A stretch of DNA of 64,000 nucleotides from Eledone cirrhosa (taxonomy: Eukaryota): positions 17,794,001 through 17,858,000 of the forward strand of contig OZ024753.1 of assembly GCA_964016885.1 (NCBI GenBank), read 5' to 3'. A program made the translations under genes and the position numbers. The notes beneath the pieces were generated by a model. That model was not told the origin of the DNA. It saw nothing but the letters and a program-made list of their open reading frames with translations, and ran no database searches. Positions 14,508 to 26,129 of the stretch are shown here, piece by piece (positions within the stretch are counted from its first letter, which is position 1; the number at the start of each line of letters is the position of its first letter).

Positions 14508-15393
14508 TGTGTTGAGCTGGTCATTAATTTATGGTGGTCGTGCGTGGAGTAGAGCAATCGCTAGTTGAAATATTATGAACAAAACATTTTTATTTGCCGA
14601 AGAACATATTTTCAATACTGTTTGTGAATGTGACGAAGGAAATACATTCTGATATGGAACAGTGTACAAAGTGTGTCTGTGAATAACATAATGTTACCTC
14701 ATGTTGTTGTCAAGACATAATGGATTTCGTATATCCAGTTAGAAGATGAAACCTAGCCATCTCGGATTAGTTATATTTCATGCCATGTGTAAACGTGTTT
14801 GAGGATAGCAAAATATGCGTGTTTCTTGTCTGGAAACTTTCTGCTAAACTGATTGGTTTCGTTTTTGGCACTATACAATACTCATCCAACAGATAGCTGT
14901 ATTGGATCCTTGATTGGTTAATATTTAGGTGAGGGTGCTTGATGCAGAGTTAGTGCAAAATGGATCAATGAGTGTAATAATAATAATGATAATAATAATG
15001 AAAATATTGTGTACAATGCTGAGGTGCACTACAACTCATCAAAAGTGCATATATAATACATAGGGTAATATAAAAACGTCAGGAAAAAAGAACAGTGCAT
15101 GAGTCATGATATACAGATATGTGCATGTGTATGGAAGGGGGACATCAGGTGTAGTTTTGGTGTATTTCGGAATGTATGATGGTTTTAAAGGATGCAGTGT
15201 GTCATCAGCTAACAACTGATGCAGGAAGTTTGTTCCATCCTTCAGCAACTCTGAGCATGAAGAAATATTTCCTAAAGTCATGGGAGCTGTGTTGTTTTCT
15301 GACTTTGTAGGCATGTCCACGTGTTAGACACATGGAGATCAAAAAGGTGTTCGGGGTTGTTGTTGGTCGGATGGTTAATAACTTTGTGGGTGT

Positions 15394-15630
15394 TTACCAA
15401 GTCCATTGCCAGAGGGAAGCAACATATTCAGGGTATGGTAGGTGTCTGATGGAGGGTATGCGCTTGGTTGCATGTCTCTGAACAGTTTCCAGGAGGTCAA
15501 TGTTCTGAGCAAGATAGGGGTTCCAGACTGATGACGCGAACTCCAAGTGTATTCGTACCATAGATGTATACAGCTTTAAATAGATGGCTGGAGAGCAGCT
15601 AATGAAGGTCTTGCTGATTGATGCCAAGTC
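15394..15630 (-). pseudogene. CR1/L2-group LINE RT C-terminal fragment
   Basis: LYTSMVRIHLEFASSVWNPY...LLETVQRHATKRIP..LPYPE matches the typical post-RT motif. Confidence 0.8.
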
Positions 15631-15813
15631 AATCTTAATAAATTGACTGATTTATCTGTTCACTACTGCTAATCCACCGCTGTTTGTACAATTTTTTAGA
15701 TAATGTCAATTTGAGCTTGAATCATTGGCGTAATGAAATTTGAAAAGATTATAAGCAAATCTTTTTTAAAATACACAGACAACATTTAACTGTATCGTTG
15801 CAACATTAGATCT

Positions 15814-15994
15814 AATAATTGTTTCTACTTTAGGCACAAGGCCAGCAATTACCCAGTGCATTACTGGTACTTTATTTTATCTACCCCGTAAGGATGAAAG
15901 GCAAAGTCAACCTCGGCAGGATTTGAACTCAGATCGTAAAGGGACGTAACTATGCTGGAAAGCATGGCATCCGACCCTCTACCAATACTGCCAA
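15814..15994 (-). mobile_element. tRNA-derived SINE
   Basis: A box TGGCAGTATTGG, B box GAGTTCAAATCC, body CTTTGCCTTTCATCCTTACGGGGT, tail GCTGGCCTTGTGCC (minus strand). Confidence 0.9.
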
Positions 15995-16020
15995 AATAAT
16001 GGAGCAACATTTGTGCAGAA

Positions 16021-16330
16021 TTATTGTTTGTGCAATAAGATATTTGCAGATCTGTACTCGGTCTGCTCTTTAGCCAACTCGGTACGTTTAGAAGCTCTAC
16101 GCTCGGCTTGCTTTTGAGATATAATAGCTGAATTTGCAGATCTATACTTGGCCTGCTTGTTTGCCAACTCATACCGTTTTGAACATCTATACTTGGCCTG
16201 TTTTTGTGTTAATTTAGCAAAATTCACAGCTCTATAATCGGCCTGTTTTTGTCTCAACTTCTCCCGATTCCGCATCCGGTAAGCTGCTTTCACATCCAAT
16301 TTAATACGCCCATCTAGATTATTAGCACAG
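16021..16330 (-). other. ORF fragment with six 15-aa repeats (KQA-x-YR); probable transposon-derived (e.g. Helitron-like N-terminal) helical repeat
   Basis: AAYRMRNREKLRQKQ/ADYRAVNFAKLTQKQ/AKYRCSKRYELANKQ/AKYRSANSAIISQKQ...; 45-bp periodicity with frame kept. Confidence 0.45.
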
Positions 16331-16513
16331 GAATGTGAACAAGCTTGTGGGACCGCATCATTGTAAGTATATGAACTGCCTGCAACATCAAGACCCAATT
16401 CACAAGTGCAGCGTTGCTCATTCACATCGGCAGTGGGGACACCAAAATCAGTGACAGGTCTCGATTCACTCGCGAGATACATCACAGCTACACTATATAT
16501 TTAAACATATATA

Positions 16514-16572
16514 CAGTGATACCTCGCTACTTGGCGGTTCAACTATCGCGGATTCACGATTTCGCGCAGTTT
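16514..16572. mobile_element. Single Tc1/mariner-pogo(Tigger)-like terminal inverted repeat
   Basis: TA|CAGTGATACCTCGCTACTTGGCGGTT; partner end not found. Confidence 0.5.
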
Positions 16573-16766
16573 TAGAATATATATATGAACACCTAAAATT
16601 TTTCATTAAATCCATTAAAATATTAATAATAAACACAGTTCTAATCATACGCTATATATATATATATATATATAAATATAAGTAATTAATACCGTATAAA
16701 TGGTACAAAGACTGTTTATGTAAAATGTATTTCTCAACAGAGTATTGAATACTTAGGAGAAATTCA

Positions 16767-16976
16767 AAACGAAGAGTGATACAATTTCAAGCAAAGAGTT
16801 TAATTAGGTAATGACTTACAAATTTGTTTCAGTATATAGACAAAGCCTGAAGCGCTAATTATAATAATTAGTTAATAATATTACAAAATATATTAATATT
16901 ATATTAAATATATACTGAAACAAATTTGTAAGTCATTACCTAATTAAACTCTTTGCTTGAAATGTTATCATTCTTC

Positions 16977-16980
<4 letters not shown>
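16767..16980. repeat. Inverted repeat, about 70-bp arms with about 70-bp AT-rich spacer
   Basis: TTTCAAGCAAAGAGTTTAATTAGGTAATGACTTACAAATTTGTTTCAGTATATA and its reverse complement at about 16910-16965. Confidence 0.85.
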
Positions 16981-17044
<64 letters not shown>

Positions 17045-17413
17045 TTATCTAGTCCTTCGCTCAAGATTAATCTATAAGTTTAGATGTCTGCTTTCGTTTA
17101 AGTAAATATTACAGTAAGATTTTTAATATAAACAACTACAAAAAACAATTAATATTAAAACGAAAAAATTATTAATGATAAAAGAAGCGGATGCAACTTT
17201 TTTTTTTATAAAGTTATATTCCTGTTTCTTTAAAGAACATTTCATTTTTGTTCTATTGTAGGCGAAATAATGCAATGGTTTAATAGGGAAGATATAACTT
17301 ACCAATTATGTCTCTAACCGTGTAACGCTTTTTAAGTAGATAACTACAATTGAAAATACTAAAGAAATGGAACCAACAATTCAATTTGAAAGTCGTCTAC
17401 TTATAGTGACAGT

Positions 17414-17460
17414 GTATTACTGGTACTTTATTTTATCGACCCCGTAACGATGAAATGCAA
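17414..17460 (-). mobile_element. SINE fragment
   Basis: GTATTACTGGTACTTTATTTTATCGACCCCGTAA shared with full copies. Confidence 0.7.
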
Positions 17461-17816
17461 ATGCTTAAAATTTAAATTGCCTTAATTCTATCGTCTGCTG
17501 TTTCATTAAAGGGAGATTCTCGTCTGTATTTAATTCTATCGTCTACTGTTCCACTAAACAGATATACCTCCACTATCGTCTCTATTTATACATTTTAACT
17601 TATAACTTATACACATTTGATTTGAAATATTTTATCTAGTCCCCCCTCTCAATATTATGATGATTTCTTTCGAATGAAACAGTTCTAGTCCTGTAGAAGC
17701 CATTTATATATATAATTGAACTGAGTTAAAAATTCACAATATTTATAATTAAATAAGCTCATATATATATGTGTGTATTTATCTGTTTATTGTATTATAT
17801 ATAATGTGTGTATATA

Positions 17817-17900
17817 CAGGATGTCCCCCAAAAATATATACACACTTCAACAGCATTCTAATAACTATTGCCTGTACAGGTAATCAAAGTGTCAATCGAA
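17817..17900. mobile_element. Mariner-like terminus
   Basis: TA|CAGGATGTCCCCCAAAAATATATACACACTT; no partner end seen. Confidence 0.4.
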
Positions 17901-18059
17901 TGTTAGTTTCGTGTTTTAACAGTACAAATTTACAATACACACATAAAACCAGTGTATATACATACATGAGTGTGTATACACATACATGAATGTGTATATA
18001 CAATATATATGTATATATATATAGACACATATATTCACGGTGCAACGGAACATTAAAAT

Positions 18060-18373
18060 ATAGATGCGGGAGGGGGGTGTATATATAGGGGCGCTGGGGA
18101 TAAAGGAGTGTAAAGCGTGTGTAATTGATATATTGAAGGAGAGGAGCGTGCAGCGATAGAGTAACAAATATATAGAGAGGGGGAGAGATGGTATTGAAGG
18201 GGAGGAGTGCAAAGCGAAAGAGTAAGAGAGAGATATATATATAGAGACGGAACAGATAGAGAGAAACGGGCGTAAGTAACAGTGGAAGAGATATATAGAG
18301 AGGGGGAAATGTGTTATTGAAGGGGAGGAGTGTAAAGCGAAAGCGTAAGATATATATAGAGAGAGGGGGAATA

Positions 18374-18375
<2 letters not shown>
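18060..18375. repeat. Degenerate purine-rich minisatellite (TATTGAAGGGGAGGAGTG.AAAGCGAAAG, about 3 copies)
   Basis: Recurs at about 18130, 18192 and 18316. Confidence 0.6.
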
Positions 18376-18410
<35 letters not shown>

Positions 18411-18411
<1 letters not shown>

Positions 18412-18460
18412 GTTATTCCGGGTTGAATCGGAGGTAACCACAACCAATCAGAGTAAGTGT

Positions 18461-18512
<52 letters not shown>

Positions 18513-18845
18513 ACACTTACTCTGATTGGTTGAAAATTAGCCAATGACATACGATCACCACCACCACGGCTATCCCCGAAAAATTTATGAAGATGTTAGG
18601 CATATATGTTAGAACACGAAAAGTGAACATTCTGTTGTTTCACACTTTTCGTGTTCTAACAGATATAGAAATGGCTTCTACAGGACTAGAACTGTTTCAT
18701 TCTAAGGAAATCATCAGGAAAGCCCTGATGATTTCCTTTAAATTAAACAATTCTAGTCCTGTAGAAGTCATTTCTATATTAAACTTTTATACTCTGCTGT
18801 GTATTGAGTACCTTACTTACTGTGGTTACCCGCGATTGAACCCGA
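18411..18845. mobile_element. Non-autonomous multi-hairpin element with imperfect terminal inverted repeats, lying between microsatellites
   Basis: CGGGTTGAATCGGAGGTAACCAC / GTGGTTACCCGCGATTGAACCCG ends; internal hairpins 18441-18532, 18607-18661, 18664-18778. Confidence 0.65.
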
Positions 18846-18885
18846 CACACACATACATACATACATACATACATACATACATACA

Positions 18886-18916
<31 letters not shown>

Positions 18917-19744
18917 TACTGAATCCTATATCGTATTTCCACTACTATAGGCCTTCTGATTAAGTGTAATAAATAATTAAGTATTACATATGATTCAACA
19001 ATATATATTGTAGTCAGCATGTGTTGACAATTAAATAGACATAGAAACATATGTTAAAGCAAATAAATTCATAATCTCCTCACACCGATGTTTCATATTT
19101 CTTGGTGCAATACTTCCTTATATTAATATAACCCGTGATCTCTTCTGGACTTATTTACCATATTCCGCCGCGTACCGTCGTGTCAATGTCTCCGGTAAGC
19201 AGCTTTCTTGTTTAAACATTCATTCCGGATATACATATACGAAACCTTATCTACCTTCACACGCACACATACGCATACACACACATGTACACACACACAC
19301 AGTTATATATATACGTTCATATTTAATGGAATTGTTATTGAGCACTTCAATTTTCTACATATTTCCTTATTGTCAAGTACATCTGCATTGTCTGTGAATA
19401 AAATTGTCAGTAACATAACTGGCAGAGCAGCGAAGGATATGATTTGATATGTGGCGTGTTTGTCTTCCAATAACTAGCTTCGTTGAAAAGTCACGTGACT
19501 AATTTTATTAGTGATGGCCTAAAATCTATTGAATACGTTGAACATATTAATATCTCAGAAAACTACTGATAATTTGTGCTGATAAACAGCACATCATATA
19601 TAATTCTTAACATATAACGACATGTGTCGAGAACAGATCTGTATGTATGGTTTTCTTACAAAATATCAACTCAAAAGTTTAATAGTGATGAAAGATATTC
19701 ATCTAATATAACCTTCCTTATCTCTCATCTCCAAATAAAATCAA

Positions 19745-19880
19745 GGCGTTGAATCGGCAGATTTGTTAGAAAGTTGGATAGACTGCTTTGCGGTAGTCAT
19801 TCCGACTCTGTGCACACTGAGTTCGATTAACTCCAAAGTCAAGCTTACCTTTCATCTTTTCGTGGTCGAAAAGTATGTAC
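19745..19880 (+). mobile_element. tRNA-derived SINE, old copy
   Basis: GGCAGATTTGTTAG...CTGAGTTCGA...CTTTCATCTTTTCGTGGTCGA. Confidence 0.65.
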
Positions 19881-20664
19881 TAATTTTTCCACTTTAGCAA
19901 TCTCTTTCATTCTCTGGAAGAAGTCAGCGGTGTTCAGATCTAGTGTAGAAAACTAAATCCATCGTTCAATTTGATACCAACCGTAGATCTTTGGGTAGCT
20001 TTCTCGAACCCAGTTGTATTACAGTGGCATGAAACTCTCAGCGGAGCTGGACAGCAGAAGGCCTTCGCAGAAGTAATCCCACTTAAGCAAGTGTCTCCAC
20101 CCTTAACTTCAGTCCTTAAATGTTAGTGCTATAGGACTCTGGTTTGAGGCTATCCTCCTTTTATTACCAACCGGCCTCGAACGCTAAGGAAAAATTAAGG
20201 GGTATGTACGCTCCTTTTCCTTGAACGGGTGATAATATTAGTAGGACAGCAACAGTATAATCATATGTACTAAAGGTACACACAATCATATCTGCAGGAA
20301 TCGAACGGAAAACTACATTTAACAGGTATCGATTCAAATCACCCAAACAACTACAACACGATTTGGAGCCAGCTAACATATACATGAAGTATTTGATATT
20401 AGAATCAATATAAATTGCCATTTATTTAGTAATCAGTCATGAATTTAGAAATGATGTTTTAATACTGGAATATGTAGAAAGTGACAGCTAAATTCCTCTG
20501 ATAGTAAACCAATACGTAGATTCATATTTTCATTGTTTTATGTTCTTCCTTGAGCTTCATTAAATGGATATTGACATCAAACATCTTCTGAAATGAAGGT
20601 AAATTAGCAATCATTTTGTAAGAAACCAAGGAAAGCAATGAAACATATTATAACATTAATATTT

Positions 20665-20818
20665 ATATTAATAATAATAATAATAATAATAAGGATAATA
20701 ATAATTACAATATTTATTAGTAATAAAATATGACAACAGCAACAATAACAACGATAATTGGTTGTAATAATAATAACAACATTAACAACATCTGCTGCTG
20801 CTGCTACTACTACTACTG

Positions 20819-20855
<37 letters not shown>

Positions 20856-20870
20856 CTAATAATAATAATG
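20665..20870. repeat. (AAT)n/(AAC)n/(GCT)n/(ACT)n trinucleotide microsatellites
   Basis: Read directly. Confidence 0.9.
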
Positions 20871-21819
20871 GGAAGACAAAAGAAGTACGTGAAATACTAG
20901 AAATATGTCAGATTTTATGTTAACTAGGAATCTTTTTCTATTTCATATGACGACTATATAAGATTATAATGTTAAATAAATAGAAACAAGCAATGAAACA
21001 GACATGGCAACGTTTAGTTATGGTTGAAACGTATACGTAATATATGGCTCTTAGATGTTTGTATGTTTTTGTTAATATATGAAGCATGCCCAATACATTT
21101 GTACATTGTTTACTGTCAAGTGGTAATGGGTTTTCAATGAGATGACTTTTGGGAGATTTATTTTGACGCGTATGTTACTTATGAAATAATGCAAATGTCA
21201 ATTTAAATGTTGTTATATTCGGCAATCGAGTATAAGTTCTTTATATCAGAGATACCACTGTTAAAAGCAAATGGCATTATGGCATTTGAAATAACAGAAT
21301 CAATGCTTATTTTTTTGATAGAGTGCTTCCTTGAAAATAATAGTAGACAAGAAAAAAAAGAACACTTCGGATAGCTTCTAAATTATTGCATTCTGGCAGA
21401 TATAGAGACTTTGTTTCCTTTCGAAGAGTTTCTACATTTTTACCTAAGATCTAATACAAAGTTGTTGCCTTTCTTAGCAAATTAATAATGCAAAAGATAT
21501 GCAATATTTTTGATTTGAATTTAGTAATATGACAATGTTTAGGTTGGATTGGAACATATATATTACTATACAGCAATCTCCTCAGTAGGAAATATTAACT
21601 CTTTTGATGAGACCTACAGCTTATATGGAGGGAGGTATGGTTTGGTCTCATAACTCCTGATGGAGTTGTTGGGGCACCGTGTTGACCCATGGCGTTTCTT
21701 GGGCATTTTAAAACCTGGCAGAGTCCATCACTCTCCAGGCCTGAGTACAGCAGATTTATTCCAGAGAAGGATATAAAGTGACATAGAAGAACTGAGAAAG
21801 AGATATAGAGAAAAAATTC

Positions 21820-21971
21820 CCCCCCAGTACTAGACTGGTATATTTTTTATTGATCTCGAAAGGGTGAAAGACGAAATTATTGACCTCGGCGGGATTTGAA
21901 CTCAAAGAGTAAAGAGTCTGAACGAATACCACAAAGCATTCTATCAAACGTTCTAACAACTCTGCCAATCC
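21820..21971 (-). mobile_element. tRNA-derived SINE
   Basis: CCTCGGCGGGATTTGAACTC ... TCTGCCAATCC. Confidence 0.85.
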
Positions 21972-22285
21972 AACTTTTCTATTTGTAATTATTGGTTTAA
22001 ATAAAATGAAATGGTTTCCATTAAGAATCTAAAGCCATACATCAATAAATGTTGGTTTCCTTTGGAGTAAACAAAAATATGCAGAATATTGCAAAATTTA
22101 ATTTAAAGACGTATTTTATAAAAATATAATGGCGATAATAAATTGCCATATTTGTCATAAATATGTTTTCCCATAAAAACCTGTAAAGTTAATTGAAACA
22201 TTGAAAATACTAACATAAGGTAGCAAGGGATTGGGGGACACGGTAGAATGTAGGATTAACTCAATGTCTTTGAAATTTTATAGGA

Positions 22286-22492
22286 TATTGGTTTCTGATT
22301 TAAGCACAAGACCAGCAATATTGGGGTAGGAGAATGTCGATTAAAGTGACCCCAGCCAGTTACTGGTTCTTTATTTTATTGACCCCGTTAAAAGGCAAAC
22401 CTACCCTCGGCGGGATTTGAACACAAAACGTAAGGGGACGTAACTCTAAGCCAGAAAACATGTTGTCCAACGCTCCACCAATACTACCAATA
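22286..22492 (-). mobile_element. tRNA-derived SINE (long-tail variant)
   Basis: Same head and body plus GTCGATTAAAGTGACCCCAG segment. Confidence 0.85.
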
Positions 22493-22758
22493 CAGCGTCC
22501 TCGATATAAGATATTGGTACATTTTCAAAGGAATAAGAATCAACAGAACCAGGCCAAAGTCGGGTTAATAAGTGGATATTCATTTTCGATAGTAAAAAGT
22601 AGCAATAAATCCTGAAATAATGAATTTGTGTGACGTTGATAATTGTAATGGCGATTTCTAATATTGCAGATGAAGGAAGCGATTAATATAATGTACATCA
22701 GATTGGTCGTTGTCGTCAATGAGGCAGTTCGTATATATTTGAAATATATTAATTTGTA

Positions 22759-22943
22759 GTGGATTGGCAGTATCGGTAGAGGGTCGTACGCCATGCTTTG
22801 ACGCATAGACTTACGGCGCTTGCCATTCTGAGTTCAAATCCCGCCGAGGTTAACTTTGCCTTTCATCCTTACGGGGTCTATAAAGTAAAGTACCAGTAAT
22901 GAACTGGGCAATTGCTGGCCTTGTGCCAAAAGTAGAAACAATT
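22759..22943 (+). mobile_element. tRNA-derived SINE
   Basis: A box TGGCAGTATCGG, B box GAGTTCAAATCC, tail GCTGGCCTTGTGCCAAAAGTAGAAACAATT. Confidence 0.92.
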
Positions 22944-23050
22944 AATTTGTAAATACATGAAGTAGGTGTGAAGAATGAAGCAAGCGAAGTTTAGAATTGA
23001 TATAGAAATAAAAACATCGTCGCAACATTTTTGACTAAATGATATAGACT

Positions 23051-23133
23051 AATAATTGTTTCTACTTTAGGTACAAGGCCAGCAATTTCCCAGTGTATTA
23101 CTGGTACTTTATTTTATCAACCCCGTAAGGATG
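23051..23133 (-). mobile_element. SINE 3' half
   Basis: Matches tail and body of the copy at 15814. Confidence 0.85.
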
Positions 23134-23143
23134 ATATATACTA

Positions 23144-23330
23144 ATAATGGTTTCTTATATAGGCACAAGGCTAACCATTTTGGGGAAGGGGCAAGTCGAT
23201 TAAATCGACCCCACTGCATCACTGGTACACTATGTTATCGACCCCGTAAGGACGACAGGCAAAGTTAAACGCGGCGGGATTTGAACTCATATCATAAAGG
23301 GCCGTAACTTCATGCTACAAAGCATGGCGA
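23144..23330 (-). mobile_element. tRNA-derived SINE (long-tail variant)
   Basis: GGCACAAGG...GTCGATTAAATCGACCCC...GGCGGGATTTGAACTC. Confidence 0.85.
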
Positions 23331-23369
23331 CTAACTAACACCCGGCCGATTAACTCACTCGATATGCAT

Positions 23370-23780
23370 ATTAGGCTGCTCAGCCGTTAATATACATAAG
23401 GAAAGTATATACTTTCAAACGTTCAATCATCTGACAGGAAGGTATACGAGGCTGCCGATAGCTAATAAGCTTTAAACTAGTGCATCGTTCCTTTGTAAAT
23501 GTTGAACAAAAGAGCAAAGATGGTTACTAAACACTGTACGGCTTAATTCGGGATGTTTGTTTACAAACAAACCGAACATTATAATAAATGTTCGGTAAAC
23601 CAATACGTACATATATATATATATATGTGCATGTATGTATATATACATAATACTACTGTACGTCTGTATACATATATGTATGTACGTATACATACATACT
23701 TACATTTAAGTATCAGCCATACTAGGAGGGAGAAATGAAATGTTTAAGCTTGTTGAATCCCATCAAATTAAATATAACAT
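23370..23780. repeat. Unclassified interspersed repeat; related pieces at 34440-34632 (inverted) and 60538-60705
   Basis: 23419-23600 is a diverged reverse complement of 34460-34632; 23652-23745 matches 60538-60705 in both orientations. Confidence 0.75.
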
Positions 23781-23784
23781 CTGC

Positions 23785-23891
23785 ATATATATGTATATAT
23801 ATGTATATATATATATATATGTATATATATGTATATATATATATGTATGTATGAATATATATGTATATATATGTATGTATGAATATATATG

Positions 23892-23945
<54 letters not shown>

Positions 23946-24101
23946 TATGTATGTATATATATATATATGTATATATATATATGTATATATATATATGTAT
24001 ATATATATATGTATATATATATATGTATATATATATGTATATATATATGTGTATATATATATGCATATATATATACATATATATATATGTATATATATAT
24101 G

Positions 24102-24132
<31 letters not shown>

Positions 24133-24255
24133 GTATATATGTATATATATATATGTATATATGTATATATATATATGAATATATATGTGTATATATATGT
24201 ATATATATATATGTATATATATATATGTATATATATATATATGTGTATATATATG

Positions 24256-24304
<49 letters not shown>

Positions 24305-24443
24305 GTATATATATATGTATATATATGTATATATGTATGTGTATATATATATGTATATGTATATATGTATATATATATGTATATGTATATATGTATATAT
24401 ATATATATGTATATATATGTATATATATATATATATATATGTG

Positions 24444-24494
<51 letters not shown>

Positions 24495-24511
24495 ATATAT
24501 ATATATGTATG

Positions 24512-24544
<33 letters not shown>

Positions 24545-25281
24545 GTATATATATATATGTATATATATGTATATATATATATGTATATATATGTATATAT
24601 ATATGTATATATATATGTATATATATATGTATATATATATGTATATATATGTATATATATATGTATATATATATATATGTATATATATGTATATATATAT
24701 ATGTATATATATATATGTATATATATATATGTATATATATGTATGTATATATATGTATATATATATATGTATATATATATATGTATATATATGTATATAT
24801 ATATATATGTATATATATGTATATATATGTATATATATATATGTATATATATATATGTATATATATATATGTATATATATGTATATATATATATGTATAT
24901 ATATGTATATGTATATATGTATATATATATATGTATATATATGTATATATATATATGTATATATATATATGTATATATATGTATATATATGTATATATAT
25001 ATATGTATATATATGTATATATATATATGTATATATATATATGTATATATATATATGTATATATATATATGTATATATATATATGTATATATATATATGT
25101 ATATATATGTATATATATATGTATATATGTATATGTATCTATATGTATATGTATCTATATGTATATATATATATGTATATGTATATATATGTATATATGT
25201 ATATATGTATATGTATCTATATGTATATATATATATATGTATATGTATATATATGTATATATATATATGTATATGTATATG

Positions 25282-25312
<31 letters not shown>

Positions 25313-25339
25313 GTATATATGTATATGTATATATATATG

Positions 25340-25410
<71 letters not shown>

Positions 25411-25981
25411 GTATATATATATATGTATATATATATATGTATATATATATATGTATATATATATATGTATATATATATATGTATATATGTATATATATAT
25501 ATATGTATATATGTATATATATATATATGTATATATGTATATATATATATGTATATATGTATATATATATATGTATATATGTATATATATATATGTATAT
25601 ATGTATATATATATATGTATATATGTATATATATATATGTATATATGTATATATATATATGTATATATGTATATATATATATGTATGTATATGTATATAT
25701 ATGTATATATATGTATATGTATATATATATGTATATGTATATATATATGTATATGTATATATATATGTATATGTATATATATATGTATATGTATATATAT
25801 ATGTATATATATATATGTATGTATATATGATGTATGTATATATGTATATATGATGTATGTATATATGTATATATGATGTATGTATATATGTATATATGAT
25901 GTATGTATATATGTATATATGATGTATGTATATATGTATATATGATGTATGTATATATGATGTATGTATATATGATATATG

Positions 25982-26035
<54 letters not shown>

Positions 26036-26128
26036 TATATATATGTATATATATATGTATATGTATATATGTATATGTATATGTATATATATATGTATAT
26101 GTATATATATATGTATGTATGTATGTAT
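23785..26128. repeat. (TA)n microsatellite with TG interruptions, 2.3 kb
   Basis: Read directly. Confidence 0.98.
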
Positions 26129-26129
26129 A

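Noticed and set aside
20520-20605. Possible minus-strand terminal exon (TTTCAG|KMFDVNIHLMKLKEEHKTMKI*)
   Set aside because: Only a plausible acceptor and a short frame; no recognisable homology or partner exons.
22759-22850. tRNA gene
   Set aside because: A and B boxes are present, but there is no clean cloverleaf and it continues into the SINE body found in many copies.
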